Numbered from the stretch's first letter, positions 36,341-48,845 are shown. The stretch: DNA of 64,000 bases from Octopus bimaculoides (GCF_001194135.2 NC_068981.1:85153613-85217612), one strand, 5' to 3'. A program made the numbers and translations. Notes: generated from the letters alone by a model not told the origin.

Positions 36341-37457
36341 TTTACGAGTTATATTGACCGCATAGAAACGAATGTGATTAAAAGTAATATTTAGAAGACA
36401 TCACTGGAATATAAGTGGTCCACCGCCGTAATTTCAATATTTCGTTTTTGCGCACCCACGCAGAAGTCACTAACAAGATGAAATTATAAACAAAAATGCC
36501 AAGATCGATTCAGTTAGTGGCCCTCATGAATTTCAATAGTGTGATGTCTGTAGAGTAAACGTCACCAGGAAGAGAGTAGCAGACAATTTCAGTTTTAGGG
36601 TTTTCGCTTTTCTTTAGCATGAGGTCAGCCCTGATCGTATAGATCGGTAATCAAAAGCACTGCAGCTGTGACTACCCTGTCATTTGCATGTTTCAAGTCT
36701 ACATTTTCCGACTTGTGTACTTTCTGTCCTATGAATTTAGAGTATGGCCTGGGGCAAATTTAGCTACTATTTCTAAAAGATCAAGCAACCACGAAGAGGC
36801 TCCCTTGTTGGTTTGACGTTTTAGAATAGAATGTATATATGAAGTGACTGATACGGGCTGAGAGGATGTGACGAATTGAGGTAAAAGGAGTGTGAGAGAG
36901 TGAAGCAAGTGTATATTGCAGTGACACCAGAAGACAGTGTTGGTGAGGTAGTAGTTGAAGTGTATTGATATATGGGTCTATCTATCGGTCAAATTATCTT
37001 TTTTTTTAGGATATGCAGTAAAATGTTTAGGCATGAAGCAGTTGCATTCTTTTTAGAGCCTTCCGGTTGAGTTGTATGGAGATATGTCGTAAATTATACG
37101 CAGATCGGAAATGGTACGAATGCTTCAACGTAGTGGGGTTCATTAAATGTAACCAAAGACCAGAAATGATGTTAAACTGAGCGAATAATTAAGTCTATTT
37201 CTCTATGAAAGACTATTACTTCTTATATTATCGAGATATTAAAAAAACTGATTTAAATAAAGGTATTGTATCATGCAGATTTTCTATGATCCTGTATTTC
37301 TATAACTATTTTCCTCTTCATAACGAAGAAAGAAAACTCAAAGAGTTCGGAGAAACTTGTTACCAACAGGTTCTTCGCCGAATTTTTAAATTCTTCTTCT
37401 TTTAATTGAAAAATGTACGTAGGCGCAGGAGTGGCTGTGTGGTAAGTAGCCTGCTTA

Positions 37458-38251
37458 TTTCCGGTTTGCTCACTGTGCATGTGCGTCAGACTTGCTACTT
37501 GCCGTCAACAAAGGTAGACATGAGTGTGGCTCTGTCTAAAAAAAGGAAAAATTGAAGAATTCGCCGAGGTAAGTCGTTTTTGTTGCTCATCTGGGCAGCA
37601 ATTTATTGCTTCTATTTATTTTTTCAGTAAATTGTTGTCTAGCAGTGTGGCATCTTCGCTTTCCTTGGCGAGTGTTTTGTGTTTTCATTGTACGAACAAA
37701 TTTTGTATTCGCTGTTTGTGGGAGGCGGGTTCGCTTGCCCACAGTAGCGAAAATTTTTGTTTTGGCTTTGAGCCAAAAAAAAAAACTTTGAGTGAAGTCG
37801 ACCGAGGTGGGCGGAATTGGTTTTTGAGCTGTGTGTAATTTATTGTGTTTCCTTTTCAGTAAATCCGCCGGCTCTGGAGCAGTTCCGTTTGCTTTCGGCG
37901 ACTTTGAGTTGTTGTTCATTTTTGTGAACAAAATTGTGTTTCTCGTTCGTCGTTATTGGTAGTAGCCAACGCGCAAGACCGGAAGTCAGGGTAAGCAGGC
38001 TTCTTTCTTTCATAAATTAGCCATATAGGCTTTACATAGAATAGCGGTAGCTAAGGCTGGACAAAGACAAATGTAGAATGAAAGGATGATACATATGAAA
38101 AATGAGAGGGGCGCCGAGGCTAGTGCCTCTCTCATTATTTGTTTCATCCTTATCACCCTCATCTCATTAATGTCCACGTCCAGCCCGCAGCTACTTTATG
38201 TTTGTCTGTCCCCTCTATGTAATGCCGTTAATGGCGAAATTTATTGAAATG
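37458..38251 (+). mobile_element. Non-coding Tx1-like unit with duplicated 5' UTR module and an internal inversion
   Basis: 5' UTR similar to 38370-38530. 3' UTR 38110-38251 nearly identical to 40262-40405. 37961-38100 is an inverted junction copy. Confidence 0.8.
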
Positions 38252-38265
38252 AAGTAGCCTGCTTA

Positions 38266-40405
38266 GCTTGACTTCCGGTCTTGCGCATTGGTTACTTCCG
38301 GTAGACACGAGGAACAGAGTGGATGGATGTTTTTCAACTCCGTCCAATATTGAACTATTGAGAAGCCAGCCGAGGTAGGTGGAATTATCTTTTCTTGAGC
38401 TAGGAATAATTTATTGTGCTTCATTTGTTTCAGTAAATTCAGCCTAGCTCTGGGTAATTTCTTCTGCTACGGCGACTGTAGTTGTTGCTCATTTTAGTGA
38501 GCAAATTGTGTTTCTCGTTCGTCGTTATTAGTGGGCGTTTTCGACTCACCATAACGGCGGACTGAGAATTTTTTGTAAAAAACTTTATGTGTCTCACTTA
38601 ATTGAGAGAACTGTTGATTTTGTGGGCGTATCTCGCCTCCGAAAAACTTGCGAAAAATTCTAACAATTTGTGAAGGATTTCTCTGTGTTCCTGTTGGTGT
38701 GGCCCTGGATTACCTTTACTGAAATACCTTATTGGAATACCTGTAGGCCAGGATTACCGAGTGGCCGGAATTTTGTTGCTGTGACTTGAACTGTCTTCCT
38801 TCCTTCTTTTTCTCTGCTCTGTCATTCTGTTCCTTTTGTGTTTTTTAAAAAACTTTTTTGAACTTTTTTGTGAACTTTTTTGAACTTTTTTGCAAGCATG
38901 GCAAAAAAGGGTAACACTGTGTTGGAGTGGGAGGTTGTTCCGCCCAAGAAGTGGGTGGATGACCTTGAGAAAAGGACGGTGGTCCTGCGAACCTTTTCTA
39001 AGTCGCGGAACGCCATCGTCCACTTCGAAAAGGAAGAAGTGGAAAAAGAACTGGCGAACTGTTTGCCAGTGAGAAAATTTTTTATCTCTAGGAGGGTCAA
39101 GTTTGCAACGGTGTGGTTGCAGTTTGACTCCCCGGAAGAGGCCTGCATTGTGGCTAGCCAGCCCATACAGGGTGAGAAGATTCTGTATCTCCCCACTTAT
39201 TGTGGGAAGAGAATTATTAGAGCCTGGGTTTGTGGTCTGCCCCCAGGCACAAAAGCTGAGTGGATTTCGGATGCCATCCAGCGGGGCTTGGGGGCCAGCA
39301 GACCCAGGCTCTTAAATGTACAAATAACAGTAGCGGCCAACTGGGAGGGTTCTAAGGCAATTTTGACCTTATGGACCCCAGTGGTGGCCAGGGAAATGGT
39401 TTTTCCCGATTTTCTGAGGATGGCCGGGTCTAGATACGTGGTAATTCTTGAGGTCCTTCCTCCTAAATGTCACCTGTGTCTAGAGCCTGACCAAGTTAGG
39501 AAATACTGTCCCTGGGGTCACAAATGGGCCCCGGAGCAAGGAAAGATGTCTGTCGCCCCCTCATCGGAGGAGGAGACAAAGAAGGTCGTGGTGGCGGAGG
39601 CCCCTACAAAGCGAAAAAGAAGGTGAGCAACAATGGTTGCTGACCTGTTGAGGCTGCGGGAGAGAAGGATCCCTCGGTGGGTGCCGTCGGAGGTCCCAGC
39701 TCCCGCAGAAGAGAAAAGAAAAAGGAGGAAAAGAAAGAATGGGAGACGGTTGGCGGAAGTCACTGCGTCGCCGACCGAACCCGAGGCCTCTTCGGTCGGA
39801 ATTGTGCCCCCGGAGAGGAGAACTCTGCCAGCGGGAATCGTGCCATTGACAGAGTGGTGCGACGTCCCTCCCAGTGCGGATAACGATTATATTATCCTGT
39901 ACCAGGAGGGAGAGGCTGTGAATGAATTCTTGGACCGCGAGTGCGGCCAAGATAGGAGCTACTTGGAATGTGCGAGTAGTTCCACATGGCCTCCGCAGGT
40001 GACTGCGGAATTTATAAATAACAACCTAATGACAAAAGTCAAAGAAAAGTTTATCTTCAAAGGTTTCTTCTACATCGCCGCAAATTCAGCCCTAACAACG
40101 GACTATTGTTTGAAAGGGGCAGCATTTCTGCTTGCGGAGTGGAGGAATGAGGAAAATTATGATAATTTTAATTGAAATTGTTAATATATTAAAATTGTGT
40201 AAAAATTGTAATTTCAAAAGGAAAAAAGAACAATGTTTTCGAGGGGTTATCAGTCGGCGGGCGCTGGTGCCTCTCTCATTATTTGTTTCATTTTTATCAC
40301 CCTCATCTCATTAATGTCCATGTCCAGCCCGCAGCTACTTTATGTCTGCCTGTCTTTGTTTGTCCCCTCTATGTAACGCCGTTAATGGCGAAATTTATTG
40401 AAATA
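38266..40405 (+). mobile_element. ORF1-only Tx1-like element, 2.14 kb, apparently full length
   Basis: Bounded by the target motif at 38252-38265 and 40406-40419. Contains a 5' UTR, one ORF1 frame and a 3' UTR with gtcccctctatgt...gaaataa. No EN/RT. Confidence 0.9.
38898..40175 (+). pseudogene. ORF1 (~425 codons) with one in-frame TGA at 39624-39626
   Basis: Track ORFs 38880-39626 and 39633-40175 are in the same frame. RRM-like VWLQFDSPEE...LPTYCGKRIIRAWVCGLP, degenerate knuckle CHLCLEPDQVRKYC (39468-39509), basic linker, C-terminal LDRE...WPPQVTAE. Confidence 0.8.
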
Positions 40406-40548
40406 AAGTAGCTTGCTTACCAACCACACGGTTCCAGGTTCATTCTTACTGCGTGGCACCTTGGGCAAGTGTCTGCTACTATAGCCTCGGGCCGACCAAA
40501 GCCTTGTGAGTGGATTTGGTAGACGGAAACTGAAAGAAGCCCGTCGTA

Positions 40549-40588
<40 letters not shown>

Positions 40589-41709
40589 CGTATATGTTTG
40601 TGTGTCTGTGTTTGTCCCCCCAAAATCGCTTGACAACTGATGCTGGTATGTTTATGTCCCCGTAACTTAGCGGTTCGGCAAAAGAGACCGATAGAATAAG
40701 TACTAGGCATCCAAAGAATAACTCCTGGGGTCGATTTGCTCGACTAGAGGCAGTGTTCCAGCATGGCCGCAGTTAAATGACTGAAACGAGTAAAAGAGTT
40801 CCCTGAAATATGACAGTCATTAAACACCTATGTCAGATAATACGATATCTGATTTTAAATAAATATACTATAGTCCATGATTGCACTAATATTCATCATA
40901 CCTGTAAGATATTAGTATATATATTTAATCAATACCAGACAGAACCTACATGAATTAAATTTTATATTATAGAGTGACTCTCAACTAGAATACAGAAATG
41001 CCTTCTTAAAATAATATGCGAATTAAATATGGAGCTTTTTAAACTTCATTGGGTATAAAAGTGACATATATAAGCGTTATATGAACCTCGCAATTAACAT
41101 GCATTACGTAAAGAAAATACATGTCTGTGCAGTAACAAGATAAAGCATTAAGTTGCTGCAAACTACAAAACTCAAACTACTTTAGTTGTTGCCAATACAC
41201 GAGATACTATTTATATCATATTGTAAATAGCGGAGATTTGGCATTGATGTTAAAGTACCTGACTTTAGTTTGTACAGCTACGTTCTGAAGTAAAATCCAA
41301 GCAGAGTTAATTTTGTCTTTCATCCCACAGAAAGCTTTAAATTAAGCACCAGTAATATATTTGAATCGATTATATAAATTATAACCTTTCTTAAAATTTA
41401 GTTGTGTGCCTAAATAATAATAATGACGATAATAATAATATATATATATATATATTGGAGTGTAAAAAATGAAAAGAAAGCACACCGTCGTAAATCTGTT
41501 GCTTCGTGCTACCAAATTCTCGTAAAATAATAATAGATATCTTTAGCATTCGTATCAAAATTCAAAGGAGAAAAATGTAGGTCATATGCTGATTTCTGGC
41601 TTTTCTTTTCATTTCCCTCCTTGATACAGTTAGGTTTTGGAAATGTGCCATTGCAAAGATGTGAAGACAAACAAAAATAAGCATATGTGACTATAGCAAT
41701 GCATCCCTC

Positions 41710-41718
41710 TCTCATCCA

Positions 41719-41782
<64 letters not shown>
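41710..41782. repeat. (CT)n microsatellite
   Basis: Visible repeat. Confidence 0.95.
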
Positions 41783-41783
<1 letters not shown>

Positions 41784-43618
41784 CTTCTTCCTTTGTCTTC
41801 TTTGTTCCTATCACTCTCAGAGAGAGAATGCGGTTGCTGTGAAGAAAAGGCAGACGCAGTAATACGCTATCATAAAGGAACATAGAAGCTTGCAAAAGAA
41901 TACGTTCACGTTTTCGTATATATATATATATATGTTTTGGAGAGAGATAGGGTGAAGAATAGAGAGCGTACATACGTATAAGTAAACGTGAGAAAGTGAG
42001 AGAGATAACAAGAGTTGTGGTTTTAAAAGAAGATTAGAAAATTAGTATCTGATATTAAGATACATACAAACAGTAATTGCATTTCTTTATCTCAAAATAT
42101 AACGACATTACTTCCGCCTCCGGAAATGCTGGCAAAATATCAGAAGGAAATTTTAAAACAAAATGTAACTCATCATAAAATCTACTTCAGTTTAAACAAA
42201 ATGTTTCACTTCTTTAAACACTCCTACAAAATGTTCCACTCCTACAGTTAAGCATCATTACTACTAGAAAAAAAAATCTCTTATCATCCAGTATTAATTA
42301 CTCATTGTCACAGGAATTGTTGCTTGTCGAAACTCTTTTGGCACTTATAAGAGGACATGAAGTCAGAATGTCTGACCTTTCTACTTATCTTAATAGAAAT
42401 TTAAGTGAAATTTCTATATCCCTGTATGAGTTACTTACATGAACATTCCTTTCATCCTCTAATCGAACTATGTTAATCAACTACTTGACTTTCCAAGATC
42501 AGAGATATCTATCAACGTGTGTTCAGTTATTGACTTTTAAAAGTAGGTCATTAGGGTTCAGAACATCTATGTAGCCACTTCCTTAAAAGATGTTGAAATC
42601 AATACTGTAACCGACCGAATTACGTATCGAAGAGTTATTCTCATTCTGTGATATCTATTTTCAGCCTGGTAGACTGATCCGACTAAATGAGTCGTATTAG
42701 TCATGACCACAATGTGGTGACATTAAAGTTAGACACTTCTAGCCTCTTGATTAATTTCCCATTATCTTATCCACTCAGTCAACATACACTTTCATGTAAA
42801 CATACAGCTGCAAATAATTATGACCGAAGAAATAAGTGTATGAACACGTGTGTGCTTATTGTTGTTTTTTTTTTGTTTTTTTTATTGGTCGGCGTAGGGA
42901 GATTATCAGTGTAAAATGTCAAATAATTAAAATAGAGAATCGAAATCAGCTTCTGGATCAGCACTTGTGAAACTTACCTCTACTAATTTTTTTAAATTAC
43001 GATTTCTATTGATATATATTTAACAGCGACGAACCATATGTGTCTATGCTAAACCAATGGTGTAATGAATCTTTTGTTTCTTAGCTATATTGTACATACT
43101 GCATTATAGAAGAATAATATATCTATAGATGTTTTGTAGCAAACACTGGGCGTTACAATCATTGTAAACAATACATTTTTATGTACATATTTTCGTATAC
43201 AGCAAAAGCGGAGAACGGTACATATCACGTTTTAATCCTTTTGGGATTTTCACAAGCGATTGTGCACTTTTTTTAATTGTTCATTAATGTATTATTTATA
43301 ATGTCACATTTAACAAAGGCCTAAGTAAACTGAATTGACCACTTTGGAAATATAAGACATTCTTGGCAGCTAGTTCGAATATAAAATTACTAATGTATTA
43401 ACAGTATTCTGTTTCTTTGCTGTTGTATACTATAATACATGCTTGCATTTTCCATTCTTTAGAGAAACGAGTAAAAGAGTAGACAGTGTTCAACTCTATC
43501 ATATTTGGTGCCACATTACCATGAGTTCAACTCCGGCCGTTGTGAATTATTCATCCATCATCTGTGATCAAAGAAACAAACGGGTATGTTGATAAATAAG
43601 AACAATTATCCAACTTTA

Positions 43619-43975
43619 ACAAGAGCACTCAGAGAGCTCAAACCTCCGCCAAGGCAACACCAACGTCCTCTCAACGATTAACCAGAGATGAATTTAAAAA
43701 TGAGAATATCTGAAATAAGCTCGACTGCTCTCACAAACGAGAATACTAAAAATGAGCCCGACCCCTCTCAAAAATTAAGTAAAAAAAAAGCGTGAAAATA
43801 ATCCAGAATCTTTGTCCGGTACCAGATCGATCCCAAAATCTAATCAGTTCGTGCCAGCCACGAGGCCAAACATCCCTGGAAGTTTCATTGGAATCCATCC
43901 AGTGGTTCTTGAGATATATTGTCCACGGACAAACGAACAAACAATACCTCCGCTTTCGCTAAGGCGGATGTAACA
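43619..43975 (+). mobile_element. HINE/DINE-like element, uninterrupted copy
   Basis: aacaagagcactcagagag...cctccgccaaggc at the 5' end, 3' hairpin acctccgctttcgctaaggcgga; same family as 10659/12045. Confidence 0.7.
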
Positions 43976-44051
43976 AGGCAGCTACTCATTATCATCATCA
44001 GTAACGTTGATAATCATCGTCAAATCATTATCACCAACTCCATCGTCAGAG

Positions 44052-44140
44052 TTAGTGATGATGATGATGTCGACGACGACAGCGGCGGTGGCAGCGGCGG
44101 TGGCAGCGGCGGTGGCGGCGGCGGCACTGCTGCTTCTGCT
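44052..44140. repeat. Compound triplet repeat (GAT)/(GAC)/(GGC)/(TGC)
   Basis: Visible repeat. Confidence 0.9.
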
Positions 44141-47100
44141 GCTGGTTATACTTTTCCACAAATATACAAATTGAACGGGAGGAATATAATCGACTTAATG
44201 AAATTGTATAAATCATACTCACTTTTAGGAAACCGGAAGTCTGTATAACACATTTCAACTTTGGGATCCACTATGCACAGCGCACAATAACGTGTTCTGT
44301 CGCCCGCAATTTTCAGAAATATTGGAACAAAAATAAGCATGTTGCTATAAATGAACATTTTAAAGTTTACTTCAATATTGCGGCTCGATATTTGGCAGAA
44401 AAAGAACAAGGAGGCCTTGAAATATGGATTTTTTTCTATATCTACCCAATGTTTCATCTTTGTGATACAACAATCTGCTCTATAGATTTCTGCATATTCC
44501 CAATTATCAATGATTAGATTAACAATGCCTCAAAATTTGTTGCCACAGACTATAACACCAACAAAGCAGTTGATTGCTTCTCCTCTACTAACTGTCCGAT
44601 GATAGATATCCAGAATATTCTTCTTCTATTTTACCGATGTTAATGACGAGAACTGATGTGTCCATACAAAAGTTCTAAGAAACGCCGGTGAGTTGATTAT
44701 CTGTGAATAGTGAAATAATCTAACGTTTCGAATACTTGACGTTGTTCAAAGAGAAACAATAGTAGAAAATGCAGTATCTAAGTTGCGAAATAGCTAATGA
44801 GACAGAATAGTGTAAAGCGGTAACATGAGGTTGGTTTTGAGAGATAAGTGGCTAATGGGAGGTTGTATGAGTGGTGTGAGAGCTGTATGATAGCAGAGGA
44901 AGGGATGTGTGACAATGCATTAGTGGGATTTTTAACAAGATCCAGGTTAGTTGAAATGCGACCATACCGAAGGTCAAGTCAAATGAAAAGACAAGGACTA
45001 GAAACATGCAAAAAACAGACAGAGACAATAGCACAGATACACACACAAACAGAATGAGAAAGAGGAAAAGAGATTAGAGAGTATACATCAGTAAGCAGTG
45101 ATGTGATGTAAAAAATATCCAGGCTGTGGAGATAGTTTTGAATGTCTAAAGTAGTCAGAAATGTAAAGGAAAAATATCTAGAGAGGTGATGGGTAAAAAT
45201 GTATAGCAGTTTGAAACAAGAGGTGGGAAGACAATCAGATTGAGAAAATAAACAGAACAGTAGACAAGCAGAGTATAGCGGGAAGCATCAGCATTATACC
45301 ACACATGTACACCCTGGGTGAAAGTACCAAACTGCAAATAACATATATTTCTATGCTTACTCACGAAGACTATAACGATGCAAATTTTTTTGCGACACAT
45401 CTTGAACTTATTTTCATATCTACAAGATGTGTGAACATGCTTATTTATCTGCACAATATCTATGTACAGAATATGCCATGATGGTATGATGTTGAACCTT
45501 CATCTACTGTTTCATATTTGCGATTCAAGTTTGTGGCCAGCAATTCTAACAGAATAATTTTATAATTTCTTTCTGCTTCTTTCTCAATGTTTCATAAAAT
45601 GGGTTAAGAATATCTAATGGTACATTTTTCACCTTGATAATTATATTACTTACGTAGAGCTTTGCGACAGTTCAGTAGAAACTTCCTTACTCGATCTTGC
45701 TATTCTTGTTATTTCAGCTGTTGTGTTTTCGTTTTCCTTTCTGTCATTATGAAATTTCTGTCTACTTTTGTCCAGTGTGTTACGCTCATTGATGTTGCTC
45801 TATTTATCTGAGTTCTTATTTTTGGCCATGCTGTTGATGTTGTCATGGCTGTGAGTCTTATCATAGTATACGACAAAAGAACCACCTATATTTTTACACA
45901 GCCATTGGTGTGGCGCTAGTGTAGTTAGGCAAGTGATAATGATGTCTTCATTTAGCTAATGTTTTATCGTTCCCTGTATTAATTACTACCATGGTTGTGA
46001 CAGGTGTACACCATGAGTTCGCTGTTGAAACTTTTATCAAGAATTGTGAATCTAGGAGGTTTTTTACCGACTCGTTACATTTAGAAAGTGAATAAACTGA
46101 ACTGCTTAAATGTGATAATAATGGTCTTGAAGATTTTCGTCTAAGGATCAAATCTTGTCCTGATTCAGGTTTTGTAACATTGATAGTGATGTTGATGCTT
46201 GGCTTATCACCTGTGCAAGGACACTACGGATATGATATGCACAGAGGTGACACACAACAATATGTGAATATTTAGGGGTTAAAGGTTAACCCAGTCCTAA
46301 TGAACCCGAAATCCTTATTTATTTCCTGGAATTTTACTCTGTTCAGAGAGCGCGGAAATAAATCAGGCTGGTTGTGCAGCAAAGAAGACCCAGTCTCTAC
46401 TCTTGTGGAAGGGATAGCAAAGGTCACTTGAGAATGAGCTTTCTTTCCAGAAAAGGAAATGCAAACGAAAAATTAATGTCACAGACAACAGAGGCAGAAG
46501 TAATAGCAATAACATCCTGTAGATGAAGACCATAACTAGTTCAATCGATGCTCTTGAAGCATCGGTAGTTCCAGCTATAGAAATGGCCAGTGAAATCTTC
46601 TCACTTTCAGTTACAGCAGGGAATGATGAAAATTGAGAAGCTTAAATATCTGCTCCTCCTGCACATGTCCAGTCAGAAGCTAAAAGTAGCAATATCCAAC
46701 CACTCCAACGTCTTTCAGTAATGGAGATACAAAAATTGAAGGTTGAGGAACAGGCTGGAATAGTAACAAAAGGAAAACAAATGGCAATAGAAAGAAAAAG
46801 ATGATCCTAGAAAAAATAGAGAGAGAGAGAGAGAGAGAGAGTAGCTGAAAGTCTTTGGCAAAGCACAACGCCTGCACCTGATGTGTTTTGACCACACGAT
46901 TGTTGGAATTAGTTTCAGAAATTGGATGTAAATGCTAAATAAGCTGAAGGTGAATGAAGTGAGTACTAAGCTGACAGGGGGGAAGGAGATGAGGAAGGAT
47001 TATATCGAATAAAATGTTATCAGCTGTTGGTAAAAAAAAAACACAAGGCTATATAAAATTATCGAACGACACTCTGGACGATGTGATTATGATCATAATT

Positions 47101-48293
47101 CACCCCAACTCAAAACAAAAATGACCTGCGAGCAAACTTGTAGGACTTAGTTCACAGGAAGTGATCGAGACGAAAAATAGTCAGTGCCGTGGGGTACCCT
47201 GATTCTAACTAGGTGATGGTCTCCCCATCCTAGTGTGAATGAGTTGCTTTTATTTCAATATTATTTTTGTCTCTCAATGTACTCTACTTTGTTGCTCACA
47301 TCCCTATTATTACTATATAAATGTAAATTTTCACATCTTGAAAACATTTTTCTATGATGTTTATGATTTTTTATATATGTAAGAGCCTTTGCAACCAATA
47401 AATAAAGACAGTAGACTAGCAGTGTCATTAAAATCAGAAAAAAGCCAGGCAGTTTTTTGTTCTACCTCTATGTTAGAATTCAAATTCTATGGAGATTGAC
47501 TTTGCTTGTCAACCTTTCGTGATCGACAGAATAAAATACCTGCCAAGTACTGCATCAATCGAAAGATTTTGGTAATGTATATCATAAGTATTTGGCGGTT
47601 GCCCCAGTGTCGCTACTTTTAACCAGCAGCGGAGATTCTCGGCAACGTCATGTATTGGTGGACCGACGACCCTGCTAAGAGTCTGATCTCCACTAAAACA
47701 GCATCTGCAACGAAGTTGTTAGCAATTTGTCGTGCCTTTTCAGCCCCCTGTGTTCAAGCATATTAATGTTCCAATTATTCTCTCTTTGCTTTTTGCACGA
47801 AGTACAGAAGGGGATGTGGTCGTTTACAAATATCTGTGATATTTATGAAGTACTGAAATTGAAAGTGATGTGTTGATAGTTGACAGTGGCACAATGACAG
47901 TGTTGCGTGCTTCCAGAGATTACGGTAGATACAAATTGGGTAAGATTCAAGAGTTTATTATTCATAGTAGAGCACACTGTCGAAGGACATCGTCAGAACA
48001 TGTCCCTATATTTGTCGTTTTTGCATTTAACAAAAATGGAATCAGATAGATGTGCTTGAGAGGTTAAGTTCAGGAACTAATTTGTTTTGCATGTGAATAA
48101 TGTTATTAACTGAGACAGACGGCTTACAGTATCACCTTGACGGTTTGATTTATGTCTAGAAATAAGAGTATAAACAATATTAGTATAATAGTTGTTATTG
48201 TTGACTTTCAAAACCGATGGCAAATCGGTAGTGAGTCAAGTCTGAGCAGGATTTTGATTTGTGGTTGGTACTATTTCTGTTTATCCATTTCTA

Positions 48294-48521
48294 TTGGGTT
48301 GTCCGGAAAGTTCGTGCCGATTTTTAGAGGAAAGAAAAAGGTCAATAAAAACTTGCCATTACATCTTTAATCAACCAAATATGAACCATTTTGTTGCACA
48401 ATGCGTCTCTATCTTTCCTTTAACTTGAAAATACCCTCTTCCCAGAATTGAGGTGGTTTCATGGCAAATAAATCGAAAGGTAAGCTACTATAAATCGGCA
48501 CGAACTTTCCGGACAACCCAA
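48294..48521. mobile_element. Mariner-derived MITE, 228 bp, perfect 30-bp TIRs, TA TSD
   Basis: TA-ttgggttgtccggaaagttcgtgccgattt ... aaatcggcacgaactttccggacaacccaa-TA. The minus strand carries a transposase tail, KPPQFWEEGIFKLKER*RRIVQQNGSYLVD*. Confidence 0.95.
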
Positions 48522-48701
48522 TATATTTCTAAACAATTTATGACAGTGATATTAGGTTTTTTTTGCCTTATAGATATGACGTTTCGTGCCTAGATTAAAA
48601 GAAAACTGAATTATCCTCATAAATCGAACTTGTTGATTGTTGTAAATATTAGAATAATCCAGACCAAGCGCATAGAAACATTTTTTATTCACACATACAC
48701 A

Positions 48702-48711
48702 NNNNNNNNNN
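48702..48711. other. Assembly gap (N run)
   Basis: Run of N. Confidence 0.99.
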
Positions 48712-48724
48712 ATATATATATATA

Positions 48725-48845
48725 TATATACGACAATCCACTCACAATGCTTTGGTTGGTCGGAGGCTATAGTTGAAAACACCTGCCCAAGGTGCCACGC
48801 AGTAAGACTGAACCAGGAACAATGTGGGTGGGAACCAAGCTTCTT
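48725..48845 (-). mobile_element. SINE A remainder, starting at the target motif
   Basis: Minus strand aagaagcttggttcccacccacattgttcctggttcagtcttactgcgtggcaccttgggcag...; the upstream head is absent. Confidence 0.9.

Larger units (their letters stand above)
37424..40797 (+). mobile_element. SINE A split into head (37424-37457) and remainder (40406-40797)
   Basis: aggcgcaggagtggctgtgtggtaagtagcctgctta joined to aagtagcttgcttaccaaccacacggttcc... reconstitutes the intact copy at 52317-52756. Confidence 0.95.

Noticed and set aside
42310-42440. Possible host exon (ELLLVETLLALIRGHEV...)
   Set aside because: No convincing splice pair or recognisable homology.
44430-44700. Possible Penelope-like RT fragment
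   Set aside because: The similarity is too weak to support by eye.
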